Shown here: piece after piece, positions 47,884 through 63,068 of the stretch | How the letters are laid out: every line of letters begins with the position of its first letter | How positions within the stretch are numbered: position 1 is the stretch's first letter | Translations under genes and position numbers: made by a program | NCBI RefSeq assembly: GCF_009914755.1 | Contig: NC_060929.1 | From: the human T2T-CHM13v2.0 reference genome, Homo sapiens | DNA length: 64,000 nucleotides | Reading direction: 5' to 3' (one strand) | Notes under the pieces: generated by a model | Seen by the model: only the letters and a program-made list of their open reading frames with translations | Databases searched by the model: none | Told to the model about the DNA's origin: nothing

Positions 47884-50188
47884 GGTAATGGATGAGTTTT
47901 TCATTTTAATAGATGATTTCTAAAGTTTTCATTGTGAAACACATATATTTGGACTTACCTAAATGTTAGCTTAAACTTGAAAATGTGACCATCATCTTCA
48001 AAAAGCATATTTAATCCATTGTGGTAGCAACAATAAAAATTCACAAATCTCCCATCTGCACTTGCTTAGAAGAGAAGTATAAAACTCATTTGTATATTAA
48101 AGTTTTCTTTAATGTAGTTTCTAGGAAACCATTCATAAAATCACAGCTGCAGCTAATTTCCATTTCTATGGATTTTGCATTTGTTAGAAATAGAGAAAAC
48201 CGATCATACTATTTTTGAAAGCCATGCACAGAAAGCCAAATTACATAATCTTAAGCATACAGATCTTAATAATTCACAAAATGACAACTCATTATCCCTA
48301 TTCTTAAGGAAAACTCTGATGCATATTAGCATTTTATAATAATCCATTATATCTATCTACTTCGCTGGCCTAAATTTTGGGAAGTCACTTCATATTCAGT
48401 GATACGCATGTCTGATTGTGAGAATTTTCTGCCCAATTTCCTGGCTAGGTATTACAATGAAGAATTGGTCAGTAAGCACTAATAGACAGCAAACTAATGA
48501 CGAAAAAAGTGAAAAATATATTATGCTCTTATCTATTGCACATCTAATGTCATATCAAGCACATGAACAAATGAAAACAAAAGCAGACTTCAATAAAATC
48601 TCCCAACCTTTTTTTTTTTAGTTACATGTAGAAATATATCCAAGAGTTTAAGTTTCTAGACAAAAATGAATGATATCCCAAGATACTAATAAAACTCTCA
48701 ATGTCAACAAGGACATGATATATTTGAGCAATCATGGAGAATTAGAAAATGATAGAAGATTAAAGATGGATAAAAGTTTTCTTTATTTTCAAAAAAGAAG
48801 GTAAAATACTGCCTCACAAAGGGCATTGTTTATTCAGATTATAATCAATATCATAATACGAAATTTCATTGCTAAAGGAAACTTTCATATTATATTCTAC
48901 TTAGCAGTAATACCTGTTTCCAACAATTATCTTTCTGGTGTTTTATCTGTACAATTTTGTGATTGTGGAGGATTACTCCGAACAACTCTATAAAGGATTT
49001 ATAACAAAAACAATCTTGAATATAATGAAGAAAATTTTCCATCAATTAACTACTGTTCAATTACGTATAAGGTATAAAAACTGTCTGGCTATTTTTAAAA
49101 CTAATTTAACCTATTATTTGTAATTAGCCAAAATGGTAATAGATTAAGATGCACAATGCCATTGGTTTTATAAAAGAATATATCCAAGCCACAGGATAAA
49201 TTGAAAATATATACACAGTGACCATTAATTGTCCACTCTTAGAAATTTTTGCCACAATTTTAATTACACCTCAGGATTATCTTATATTCTTTGAGAGAAA
49301 TTCATGAAGGAGATAGTGGTTAACACAAGCAGATTCATCCTCAAATTTTGCATCTGAGCTTGAGCTAAGGGAAAAGCTGGTCTATAAATAACATCTTTGG
49401 CGAAATCTGTCACATATCTCCAGAAACTGCAAAGGCTTCATTAAATCTGACTTCTCCATTAACTTCAGCAGCAGTACATTCCCTCTTTAATGTACTTCCC
49501 ATTTCTCAAACTGTGAATTTATAATGAAATGATTGTTTACATAGTATACCTTAAAAAACAGGCAGCCATGAACTCGCATAATATGGTAGTCAACAAATTT
49601 AACAGTATTTTATTTCAAGTAGACTTTAAAGTTTTCCTTTGCAGTGCAGCAATATAATGCAACTGTGGAACAAAAAACTTATCATGTCCACATATTATTT
49701 TAGTATTATTTATTTAGTATTTCCATCTATAAGTATCATCAAGAGAAAGTCCTGAAGTCTGCTCCTTCATTAAACAGGACAGACTTCTATGGTAAAGCTA
49801 TCATCATTGCATTTGATTTTGGACTGGAAATGTAACATCTGAAAGAGCTTTTTGCTTTTAAAGAGTTAACAGCTTCAGTAAGCATAATTTGAAAAGTCTA
49901 GAAACATGGTATATATTTTACTCATCCACTCAAAAATAGCATTTAGCTTACAGAAGTGAAATCTCAGGAGGGTCATTACAAATTTTTGTAAGCTTATCAT
50001 TAAAATTCGTAACTAAGAGTTGTGTTGAAGACAAGCAAATTTTGGTTCAATATAAGGATAAATGGACTCTACATGGCATAATGTATATGATAAAAGGAAG
50101 ACACTGGGAATACGAAATCTTTTAACAGTAGATGGAGACACAAATAGGAGATCAGATAAAATAAGAATAACATTAATCACAATCAAAG

Positions 50189-50734
50189 TGAAGTTCAGAA
50201 AATTGCACCTCAAAATATGCCATTTTGATATGCTGATTACTTCAAACTCAGAGCACCTGGGAAAAGCACAAGCATGAAGGGGCTTTCCCTGAACTCTGCT
50301 TATTTACCTAAAGAAGTCACATCCTCTGCCTCCTCTGAAGGAAAGAAATGTAATTGTCCTAAATCACCTGCCCAGAAATCTCATCAATCAGGAAAGATTA
50401 ACTCCTATCACAGGAACGGTGACTGGGGTGGACGTCCATCCAGACAGATGTTGTCACAGGCTGTCACATATTCTTCTGAGGCCCCATTCATCTTTCTCAA
50501 AAATCATTTACTGTCCCCTAGATTGGCTACATCCTCTCTTGCTTTTCCCCTAAGAAAAGGGTATATGTAAGCTTCTAGATCTCACTGAGGCTGTGAGTAA
50601 TCATTTTTTGGTCATATGATGCCCCTGGACACACTATAAATGCGTATACTGTTTTTCTTGTTACTCTGCCTGCTGTCAGTTTACCTTATAGACTCAAATT
50701 TATCACTCAGATGATAAAGTCTTCCTTCCCTTAC
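50189..50734 (+). mobile_element. ERV solo LTR (MER34-like)
   Basis: tgaagttcagaaaatt...aaaatatgccattttgatatgctgattac...cttcccttaca; TG...CA ends with TATA-like and poly(A)-like signals. Confidence 0.65.
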
Positions 50735-50745
50735 AAAATAATATA

Positions 50746-51119
50746 AAGTTGTCCCTTGGTATCCATCCCCCACCCATAGGGTATTGGTTCCAACATCTCC
50801 CATAGACACCAAAATCCACAGATGCTCATCACTGACATAAAATGGCATAGTATTTGCATATAACCTATGCACAGTTCCTCATAAAATATGACATAGTATT
50901 TGCATATAACCTATGTGCATCTGCCCATATACCTTAAATCATCTCCAGGTGACTTATAATACCTAATACCACCTAAATGCTATGTAAAGAGTTGTTATAC
51001 TACATTTTTACTTGTTTTTTAATCCTTTCATGCTGTTTTTTATTGATTTTTTCAAATATTTTTCATTCTCAGTTGTTGAAATCCAGAAATACAGGACCCA
51101 TGAATGGGAGGGCCAACTG
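50746..51119. mobile_element. MER2-like Tigger MITE with a small internal duplication
   Basis: agttgtccctt...accaaaatccacagatgctca...gtatttgcatataacctatgc (twice)...gagggccaactg terminal inverted repeats. Confidence 0.8.
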
Positions 51120-52252
51120 TACCTGGAAGTCACATATGCCCCTTACTCTAAGTATGGCAAAAGTGAAAGATTCTATTAGTCATATTCTCCCACCATCTGT
51201 TACAGATCTGTGTTTCTTACACATTAAATTATTACTAAATCCCAACATCCAAGTTAGCTATGGAATTCCTGGCCTTTCCTCACTACAGCACTGGCTCATT
51301 TCAGATTTTAACCTTTTCTCCTTCACTGATAGTTCATTGCAGAGTCCAGATAGGCCAAAATGAAGTTCTAAATTTTGAATGAGTCAATAAGCAGTTATTG
51401 TTTATTATCACTGACAGATAGGCCCATTGAAATAATGATTAGGTATCTTCATAAAATTGTGACTACCCATGCATTAAGTACTCATAATGGGTAATTAGAA
51501 GTCACAGACATTCTCAGGTTAGGAGGAAGGTTGAATTAGAAGGCTACTAAGTTCCCTTATAATCCAAATATTCTGTTTTTCATGACCCTGATAAAATGTA
51601 ATCTATCAAGCTATTATTAAATAAATGTATTACCATCTTGCCCACAGTATTTACACTTAATGAAAAAATAAATGTAATCCCTCCTAAATGGAACCTAAAT
51701 CCATTTAGGTTCAGGCTTGATCTGAGAGAAAAGGCCTCAACCTAGGGTTATTATAATTGCTCTCTTCACTACAGAAACAATGTCTGATAGATCTGAAAAC
51801 CTGGTTGAAACAACTAACAAAAGCTATTCCACATTACTTAGCTAGGCCCCCTACAGCCTAATCCAACCTGTGGGGATTCAGGATAATACTTAAGGCAAGC
51901 AGGAGAAAATCAACAAAACCAGTCATATCGGGCAAGGAGTTATTTAATTGCCCATGAATAATCAGTGTATGTGAAATTTTGCTAAGGGCAATTTGACCTT
52001 AAAATGTGGTTATCTGATCTGAAAAACTTTCTAACTTTCTTCTGTATTAAAGAAGAAGGGGTGAAATACATACAGGAGCATCTCACCCCTTCTTTGACAA
52101 TTAAGCTTTCTCTGAGATTCATGGAGGCTCAGAAACTATGGAGCTCAGGCATAAAATGTAAATAAGAGATTTCCTTTTAATGAAACACATTTTACTGCTG
52201 TTTTGATATGGCTGCTCCAAAATCCCCCTAGGGCAACACACCCAAAGCAAAA

Positions 52253-53520
52253 TATTCTAGGAAATTATTGCTAGAGCAATCAGACAAGAAATAAATAAGG
52301 GGCATCCAGATTGGAAAGGAAGAAGTCAAATTATTCTTATTTGTAGATTATATGATTTTATATTTGGAGAAACCTAAAGACTCCACCAAAAAACTAGCAG
52401 AACTGATAATTTCAGTATAGATGCAGAATACAAAATCAACATACAAAAATCAGTAGCATTTCTATATGCCAACAGTGAACAATATGAAAAAGAAATAAAA
52501 AAAGTAATCCCATTTACACTTGCTACAAATAAAATACAATACTTAGGAACAAATTTAACCAAAGAAGTGAAAAAATCTCTATAATATAAACTATAAAACA
52601 CTAATGAAAGAAATTGAAGAGGACACCAAAAAATAAAAATATATTCTATGGTCATGGATTGAAAGCATCAATATTATTAAAATGTCCACACTACCCAAAG
52701 CAATCTACAGAATCAATGCAATCTTTACCAAAATACCAATGACATTCTTCAAAGAGCTAGAAAAAAATTCTAAAATTTATATGAAGGCACACACATACAC
52801 AGAGACACTAGCCAAAACTATCCTGAGCAAAAAGAACAAAACTGGAGGAGTCATATTACCTGACTTCAAATTATACTACAAAGCTATGGTAAGCAAAAAC
52901 AGCATGGTACTAGCATAAAAGCAGAGACATAGAAAAATACAACAGAATAAACATACACACAGAGACACTAGCCAAAACCATCCTGAGCAAAAAGAACAAA
53001 ACTGGAGGAGTCATATTACCTGACTTCAAATTATACTACAAAGCTATGGTAAGCAAAAAAAGCATGGTACTAGCATAAAAGCAGAGACATAGAAAAATAC
53101 AACAGAATAAAGAACCCCAAAATAAATCCACATGCCTACAGTGAACTCATTTTCAACAAAAGTGCCAAGACGATACACTAAGGAAAAGACAGTCTCTTCA
53201 ATAAATGGTGCTGGGAAAATTGGATATCCATATGCCAAAGAATGAAACTAGATCCCTATTTCTCACCATATACAAAAGTCAAATCAAAATGGATTAAACC
53301 CTTAAATCTAAGACCTCAAACTATAAAACCACTAAAAGAAAACATTAAGGAAACTCCCCAGGACATTGGACTGGGAAAAGATTTTTTGAGTAATACCCCA
53401 TAAGCACAAGCAACCAGAGCATAAATGGACAAATGAGATCACATCAAGTTAAACAGCTTTTGAACAGCAAAGGAAACAATCAACAAAGTAAAAAAGACAA
53501 CCCGCAAAATGGGAGAATCT
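52253..53520 (+). mobile_element. Older L1 (L1MA/PB-like) ORF2 fragment containing a 160-bp tandem duplication
   Basis: [11 protein letters not shown]..., [10 protein letters not shown]; many stops and frameshifts. Confidence 0.9.
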
Positions 53521-54719
53521 ATCCTTCACCTGTTTATTAATACATTACCAAGGAACTCTAGATGTCGGCATAAAAAGTGAGAACCTATGATAACATCCCA
53601 TCTTTTCTCCTACTAAAATTACCTTGATAAGGCCATTGTTCTCTGCCTATAACTTGAAGTCCTTTTCTAATTCCTTCATGTTATTAGTCATATTTCACCA
53701 TGACTATACATAAACTCCTTTATACCCTTGAGCTTCTCTTTATAGCCCAAAATCTCTTGAATGACATTGTACTACTATAACATTCATCCTTACATTCCTA
53801 GATTCCTTCTTCCATTTTCTCCATTCCTATTTAATAATGTTTCAAGCTCAGAAGATGCAAAGATGAATGTTTTAGTCTCCTCACCCCAAGAAGCACATTT
53901 GCCTTAATTGCCTCTTACTGCTTTCAAAGGTTCATTCTCAAACTCTCTAATGCACTGTTCCCCCAAACTGATTCTTTCCCTTATATTCTTTCCCCTCTAT
54001 GTTTCTTCTCCCATCAATTCTTATTCTTATTGTTTCTCATATAATTCTGTGTGAATAGCGAACACTATTCTCCTAGTGCAGTTCCCTCCCTGAATTGCCA
54101 ACAGAAAGATGGAGTTCATCTTTTGGAGATCCTATTGACACCTGAAATATCACACGTTTAAAGCTTGACTAATCTCTCAAGCTTTCCTTCTACCTACACA
54201 TGACTTTGGACTTTCATAAAATTTCGATTTCCGTTCTCTTGTCACTTCAATATCCCCTGATAATAATCTGTCTCACTTCTCTTTTGAAAGACTTACAACC
54301 TTCAAATATCACAGGAAAATTCAGTGTCATTTTTGTTTCAACCACAATTAATGCAGAAATATCAAATCTTCCCAATTCCTCCCAAAGCTCTCTGCTGTTC
54401 ACATTTGGAATTTGAAAACTTTTTTTTTAATTGTCTTTGTTCTTATTTTGCTTTTTCTTTCTTATTCTGTTTTCTTCAATGCAATACACATTGATCTGGA
54501 AACCTAAAATTCTCAACGGTTCTCGTCACTGAGCCATGTACATTTTTAGTGGGAAACAACTGCAGCTTTTACATTTTCAGTTGTCAACTGCTTTTGTAGT
54601 GCTGCTGACTTCTTGTTCTACATTACTGGGCAGACAATTCAGAATAAAAAGTTTTATTTCATCACATATTTCTTCCAAATTGCTTGAAATGCTTTATCAT
54701 TGCTCCTAAGTAAAGAATA

Positions 54720-57462
54720 CAGAAATACCCTCATTTTATGGTGCATGGCTTTATTGCACTTGGCAGATACTGTTTTTGTTTTTAAATAAATTGAGGCTTT
54801 TGCAACCCTGCATCAACCAAGTCTACTGGTCCCACTTTTAAAACAGCATGTGCTCCTTCATGGCTTTGTGTCACTTTTTGGTAATTCTTGCAATATTTCA
54901 AACTTTTTCTTTGTTACTATATCTGTTATAGTGATCTGTGATCAGTGATCTTTGATGTTACTAATGTAATTTCTTTGAGGTGCCATGAACTGCACTCATA
55001 TAAGACAGCAAACTTAATAGTTAAATGTTGTGTGTGCTCTGACTGCTGCACCAACTGGCCATTGTTTCATTTCTCTCCCTCTGATTGGACCTCCCCGTTC
55101 CCTGAGACACAACAATATTGAAATTAGGTCAATTAATTACTCCACAATGGACTCTAGGTGTCCAAGTGAAAGGCAGAGTCACATATCTCTCATGTGAATC
55201 AAAAGCTAGAAATGATTGAGCTTAGTGAGGAAGGCATATTGAAAGCAAAAACAGACCAAAAGCTGGGCCTCTTATGCCAAACACTGAGCCAAGTTGTGAA
55301 TGCAAAGGAAAAATCCTTGAAGGATATCAAAAACTCTATTCCAGTGAACACAGAATTAATTTAAAAAAAAAAAAGAGAGAGAGAGAGAGAGAAACAGTCA
55401 TATTTCTGATATGGAGAAAGTTTGAGTGTTCTGGATAGAATCAAACTAACCATGATGTTCCCTGAGCCAAATCCTAACCCAGAGTGAGGTGCTAACTCTC
55501 TTTAATTCTGTGAAGCCTGACAGAGGTGAGGATGCTGCAGAAGAAAAGTCTGACGTTAGCAGAGGTTGGTTTGTGAGGTTTAAGGAAAGAGGCTGTTTCC
55601 ATAACATAAAAGTGTAAGATAAAGCAGCAGATGTTGATGTAGAAACTGCAGCAAGTTATCCAAAAGATCTAGCTAAGATAATTGATGAAGGTGGCTACAC
55701 TAAAAAATAGATTTTCAATGTAAATGAAAGAGGCTTAAATTGAAATATTGGAAAAATATGCCATTTTGAACTTTGATAGGTAGAGAGAAATCAATGTCTG
55801 GCTTTAAATCTTCAAAGGACAGGCTTACTCTCTTTTTAGGAGCTTATGCAACTGGTGAACCTAAATTTAAGCAAATGCTCATTGCTCATTCCTAAAATCA
55901 AAGGGCCCTTAAAAATTATGCTCAATCTACTCTGCCTGTGCTCTACAAGTGGAATTTAAAAATAGGCCTGGATGACAGCACATCTGTGTCTATAGTATTT
56001 ATTTATTTATTTAGATACAGGATCTTGCTCTGTCACCCAGGCTAGAGTGTGGTGGCATTATCATAGCTTATAAGATCACTGCAGTCATCCCATCTTGGCC
56101 TCCCAAGTAGTTAGGATTATAGGTACATACCACCACATCCAGCTATTTTTTTTTTTTTTTTTTTTTTTTTAGGGATGGGATCTTGCTAGATTGCTCAGGC
56201 TGGTCTCAAACTCCTGGCCTCAAATGGTCCTCCCACCTTGGTCTCCAAAACTCCTGGGATTACAGGTATGAGCCACCACACCCAGCCTACACCCAGCCTA
56301 CAGCAAGCCTATGGTTTGCTGCATATTTTAAGCCCACCGTTGAGACCGACTGTTCAGAAAAAAAAGATTCCCTAACACGGCTCACTGCTCACTGACAATA
56401 CATCTAGTCGCCCAAGAGCTCTGATGGATATGTACAAGGAAATTAATGCTGTTTTCATGACTGATATCAAGGCATCCATTCTGCAGCCCATGCTTCAAAG
56501 AGTATTTTCAACTTTCAAGTCTCATTATTTAAGAAATATATTTCCTAAGTCTATAGCTGCCATAGATAGTGATTCCTCTGCTGGATCTGGGCAAAATAAA
56601 TTTTAAACCTTCTGGAAAGAATTCACCATCCAAGATGTCATTAAGAACATCTGTGATTCATGGGATGTCAAAATATCAACATTACACAAGTCTGGAAGAA
56701 GTATTCCAACTTTCATGGATGACTGTGAGGGGTTCAAGACTTTAGTGGAGGAAGTAACTACACATGTGGTAGAAATAGCAAGAGAACTAGAATTAGAAAT
56801 GGAGCCTGAAGATGTAACTGAATTGCTGCAATATCATGATGCAACTTGAGAGCAGAGAGTCATTTCTTAAGATGGAATCTACTCATAGTGAAGATGCTGT
56901 GAACATTGTTGAAATGAGAACATGAAGATTTTGAATATTTCATAAACTTAGTTGCAAAAGCAGCAGCACTGGCAGTGTTTGAGAATACTGACTTCAATTT
57001 TGAGAGAAATTCCAGTGTGGGTAAAATGTATCAAATAACATTATGTGCTTCAGAGAAATATTTTATGAAAAAAAGTCAATCAATGTGGGAAACCTCATTG
57101 TTGTCTTATTTTAAGAAATTGCCACAGCCATTCCAACCTTCGGTAAACACTGCCCTGATAAGCCAGTTGCCATCAATATTGAGGCGGAACTTAGACCAGC
57201 AAAAAGATCAGGACTTGCTAAAAGTTTAAATGATGCTTAGCACTTTTACCAATAAAGAATTTTTTAATTAGGGTAATTACATTGTTTTTAGACAATATTA
57301 GCACATAGTTTATAGTATAGTGTACACGTAACTTTTTTATATACCAAACTGATACAAATTGGTTTTATAGAAAACCAAAACTATTGGGTCACTTGCTTTA
57401 TTGCTATATTTGCTTTATTGCAGTGGTCTGGAACCAAACCTGCAATATCTCCAGGGTATACG
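54720..57462 (+). mobile_element. Tigger1 DNA transposon, near full length, decayed transposase
   Basis: 5' cagaaataccctcattttatggtgc...gcagatactg; internal aagctagaaatgattgagcttagtgaggaaggc; 3' gcaatatctccagggtatacg; about 2.4 kb without the Alu; TA flanks. Confidence 0.9.
55997..56287 (-). mobile_element. AluJ inserted in Tigger1
   Basis: (ttta)n tail, cttgctctgtcacccaggct...ctcctggcctcaaatggtcctccc...ccaccacacccagcc. Confidence 0.9.
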
Positions 57463-58774
57463 TATATAATGTTTGTATGCATTCTTGTTATTTGATAATA
57501 TGTTAATTCCTTAGTCATATACTGAAATTTTATGTATTTTTAAAAATTTATATCTATATAGAACCAGAGGAAAGTGATTAAGCAAAAAGATAACTTCCAT
57601 TTTAACATCATTTATAAAAATTACCACAAGCCTACAATTTCTAAACGGTCATATTTCATAGCTCATCATTATGTAGATAATTATAAATAGGCATTTCATA
57701 AGTAGATTAACCATTAAATCTTTGTTAAAAATGGGACAATTTTGAAAATTTAAAGGAGACCCTAAATATTTTAAAAATATATAATTTTTGAAATAGTGAT
57801 ACATTGACCAAAAAGTTGGTTTCATTGTATTAACAAAATTAAAAATTATCCTGTCCACATTATTTTCAAAAACACAATTATATTTAACAAATAAAAACAA
57901 TGTGTTTATATTCATAAAAAACTAAGTATAACAAAAATTATTTGTATATATTCACACACTTAAATCAACTGCTCTATGAGTCTAATGCTGTTTATCTAGT
58001 AATAATCTGAAGACTTAACACAGTCATATTGCTTTTAGTATTTTTCATATTTTCTTTAAAGATTCATTTTCTGGTTCGTAAATACGACACTGCTTAAACC
58101 TTCCATTGGCTTTTCTCTATAGCGTGGAAGTTTTTTAACTGAGGAAATAAAACCTCTTTACAAATGCTAAGGTATCTGCTAAACTAATATCAAATTCTAA
58201 ACTTTTCATATTCAGGATGTGCAATTCAAACATTTTTGCAGATTCTGTCTTTGTTTCTACTTAGAGTGCCTTTCTTTAACAAATTTTTTTTAAAGAGAAA
58301 ACATGCTGAAATGTCATGCCTTCTTAATTTCATCCCAATCAGATTTATATTTTTAAAAAACTTTACTTAAATATAGGAAAGTTATTCATTCAAATCAAGA
58401 TAGTCCAAAGCTTTTAAGCTATGGTAATTTAATATGTTTAGTTGATACTTAATTTTATAGGAAATCTTTATGTTTTCCTCTTTGCACACTTTTTTAAAAA
58501 ATAATTTCTATTCATTGAATCCTCCTGAGTGTAATTTTTTGGCATATTATTTATTGAATAATTTGATTAAAATTTCCAATTCATCTTAAACAAATGCAAT
58601 CAATTTAGAGTACTTCTAATACCAAAAAAGTTCAATACCATTATGGCACACTTAAGTTGACTTCTAAAGTCATTCTTCAAAGGCTAAAATATTTTGTAAA
58701 TCAGACTTTTAGTGGGTAGCAAAAAGAGAAAATGTGTATTACTAAGATAAAATACCTAATTTTATATTTAACAT

Positions 58775-59440
58775 TGCATAGAAAAGAATTTGACTGGCCT
58801 TTGTCCCTGGCTCCTGAGAAAAAAGAAAAAAAAAAACCCAGGTAAGACGAGTCTCTTTGTTATTTATGAGCCCCTTGAATTACGCTTGAGTTTATGCTAA
58901 GGAGATATCTCAGGATGGGGGCTGATCACTGAAATGATCAATAATGTGATTAGAAAATTGGGGCTTTGAGTTAGCCTGACTTCCAGGGATAGGACAGGGT
59001 TACAGATTGAGTTCAATCACATGTCCAGTGATTAATCATACTTACTTAACAAAATCCTAACTCTGGACATGGAAACTTCCCTGGATGGTGAACACATCAA
59101 TGTGCTGTGAGGGTGATGCACTCTAATTCCATGAGGGGAGGGCTTGGAAGCTTTGTGTTTAAGACTTTGCATTTGGCTGGTCCTGGTTTTTATTCTTTAT
59201 AATAAAACTGTAATCATAAGTATAGTGCTCTCTTCAGCTCTGTGAATCATTCAGTGAAGTATCCAACTGGAGGGCGGTCATGGGAAACTACCACATTTTT
59301 AGTCAGTTGAACAGAAGTACAGGTGGCCTGGTGACTCCCAAATTTGTGGCTGGCATTTGAAGTGATAACAGTTTTCTTGGTGGCCCTGTCCTTAAACCTG
59401 TGGAGTTTGACACTAACTCTGGAAGGTTAACAACAGAATG
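58775..59440 (+). mobile_element. MER21-like LTR
   Basis: tggcctttgtccctggctcctg...gagtttatgctaa...ctttataataaaactgtaatcataagtatagtg...tgacactaactctgg. Confidence 0.75.
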
Positions 59441-59605
59441 GTATGTCTGTCTACACATTTTGTGGTTTCATAATGCTTTATGTGTATACCTGTCATACCT
59501 TCCCAATTTACCAAAGTGTGTTTTCCTAACATCTTTCTCTTGATATCCAACAGCAGAATGATATCAGAGAAAAAACCCTAGAAAAATCTCTTGATTTAAA
59601 ATTTA

Positions 59606-59782
<177 letters not shown>

Positions 59783-60331
59783 TTATACACAAATAGGCAC
59801 ACACAGAAAGACACATATACAAACACCAATATGAAGCTATTAATGAATATCTGGGTAAAAATAACAGGCACAAAGGTAATTCCTTGAGATGAATCCTGTG
59901 ATTTAGAATATTAAGAATGTGAGAATTGTCAAAGTGGAAGTGATAAAAAGACTAAAACCAGAATTGCCACTTTTTCTTTCTACACGTCACTCAGAAAAAA
60001 AATTGCTTAACAAATGTACGCAAAACCCTCTTGAATAGATGATACTTCATGTAAATTGAATGGTTTCCTAACACCAAGACTGACACTTTGTTCTCAGAAT
60101 GGACGAATAATAAAAGGCAACATTAATTTGAATTAAGCAAAATACATAGGATATGTGATGGACCATTTAAAACTAGAACTTGAAGAAAGGACATATTTAG
60201 CATAAACCTGAATTGGAGAATTCTGTACTGAAACATAGTTTTGTTTGTAGAAACAAATTCATATAAACAAATTGTAAACATTTTGAAGTTTTTTTCTGAA
60301 ACAGTCCCTTAATAAACCTAAGGTAAATTTA

Positions 60332-60720
<389 letters not shown>

Positions 60721-61463
60721 TATATATAGTGGAATCCCTATAACATTTCATTTATGAATTGAACAATATGTTGAAAGTGATATAAGATTTACAAGTATAA
60801 GACTTACAATAGAATTCCTACACTGAGAGGAAACAGTGTTAAGTATTCTCATATCAGGAAATTAAGATAATATAAATTATTTCTGAAACAATTCTAACAA
60901 CACTTCACATCATTGATAAAATGTTGAAAATGTTAAATTTATTCAACCTCTTTTTAGTGAATTTACAGCAATTATTTAATGAAGTCATCATATACAACAC
61001 TTTTTATAAGGTGCCTTACAAACATTTTGTCTAATTCACCCAATAACCCTGCATTTTGATCATTTACAGCTGAAAAATCTGAGTCCCAAAAATATATAAG
61101 TCCACTTCCTATTTTTGAAGAGCTTTCTTCTCCAATTTCTATCTATGTCAGTTTCATTTTGATTTGATACTAGTTCTTCCAACTATGCCCATAGGTTAGA
61201 GCAACATTGTAGCTGTGAACTTACAACTGAGGTGACATATGACACCTGAGCAAAACTAGTAGCCTAATTATTACCATCTACATCCTCAGACCCAATCATA
61301 AATGTCGTAAAATTCTTCTTGACAAAATGTAATTTGTTAAGTAATGAAAACTTAAAACACTGAGTTAATCTCACTTCATTCTGCTCCACAAAGGAAATTT
61401 AAATGATTAATCCCATCCTGATACCTCAAAAACTTTGTCTCCCACTAAGTAAAAATAATGTGA

Positions 61464-61735
<272 letters not shown>

Positions 61736-62776
61736 AGGAAGCTTTTACCTACAACTCCTATCCTCCTAAAAGTGTCATGCCCACACAGAAAAGTCAATGT
61801 ATGTTTCCATGGCTGTTTTAAGGGTAGACTATTAAAGCAACAATTTTGCTCTAACTATGTAATCCTTTATGCCAGTCTCATTTTATAAGAGCAAATACTC
61901 CTATTATCTTCATTTCTATAAAGAATTATATTTTACAGACAATCTGATATTAACATAAGCTTTCCATAATTGTCAGTAGTAAGGAACATGAGATGATAAA
62001 AAGGAATAATCGCAAATAAAGAAGGAGTAGCTGGCAGCCTGAATTACGTCTGTTATTAATCTGTCTCAGAAGGGAAGAAAAGAAATGACAGCAGAAAAAA
62101 AGCATAAAGGGATTCGTTGGGCACACTGGAGCTACACATTTGTGTTTGTTAACAACTTCCTTTTTTCCTCTGCCCTGTAAACTCAAAATACCTTTATAAA
62201 ATAGCCCAAAATAATTATCTTGTCAGAAGAATCTTTGTGTTTTTGTCAAATTAAATTAAACTGAAATTCATCATGGGAAGAAGATATCAGAGAAAAAGCA
62301 ATGAAAAGGTAAATTAAAATTGAACTGTCAGATTTAAGGGCTGGTCCAATGGAAATGACCAATAAACTCATGAGTAATGATAAACAGGGTAGATATTTTT
62401 CCTTTGATCTCACTAAATCTACACCCTATTCCCAAATGTTCTTTTAAGGGAATGATATTAAATTAACTATAGATTTTTCTATCTGCAGAAACCAGTGGGA
62501 GCAATGAATGGAGGAAGTGTCATCATTAAGCTGCCATTATTCCTAGTGCATAGCAGGCTCAACTCACCCTGTAGCCTTGTGTGGCCTTAAAATCCTCCAA
62601 CACACACTAATAGTTTTCCCTATAGAATATATTTGCATGTATAATCATGCCTGTTCCACCATTAAACAATATTTTAATGGAAAAGGCTGTGCCCTTGGGT
62701 AGTTATAACTTGTAAGCACAGGAGTCAACTTTATTGTGATATTATAAAAGAGTGGTAAAAATAATTAAGCAGTCAT

Positions 62777-63068
62777 GCCTGGCACGGTGGCTTGCACCTG
62801 TAATCCCAGCATTTTGGGAGGCTGAGGAAGGACAATTGCTTAAGCCCAGGAGTTTGAGACCAGCCTGGGCAACATAGAGAGACCTCACCTCTACAAAAAA
62901 ATCAAAAAAATAGCTGGGTGTGGTGTCACACGGGAGGCTGAGGTGGGAGGATGGTTTGTTCCCTGGAGGTTGAAGCTGCAGTGACCCATGATCACACCAC
63001 TGCACCCAGCAAGGGCAACAGAATGAGACCCTGTCTCAAAACAACAACAACAACAATAATAATAATAA
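62777..63068 (+). mobile_element. AluJ with (AAC)n(AAT)n tail
   Basis: gcttaagcccaggagtttgag...gaagctgcagtgacccatgatcac. Confidence 0.9.

Noticed and set aside
55200-57230. Tigger1 transposase as a domesticated gene
   Set aside because: Fragmented by stops, frameshifts and an AluJ insertion.
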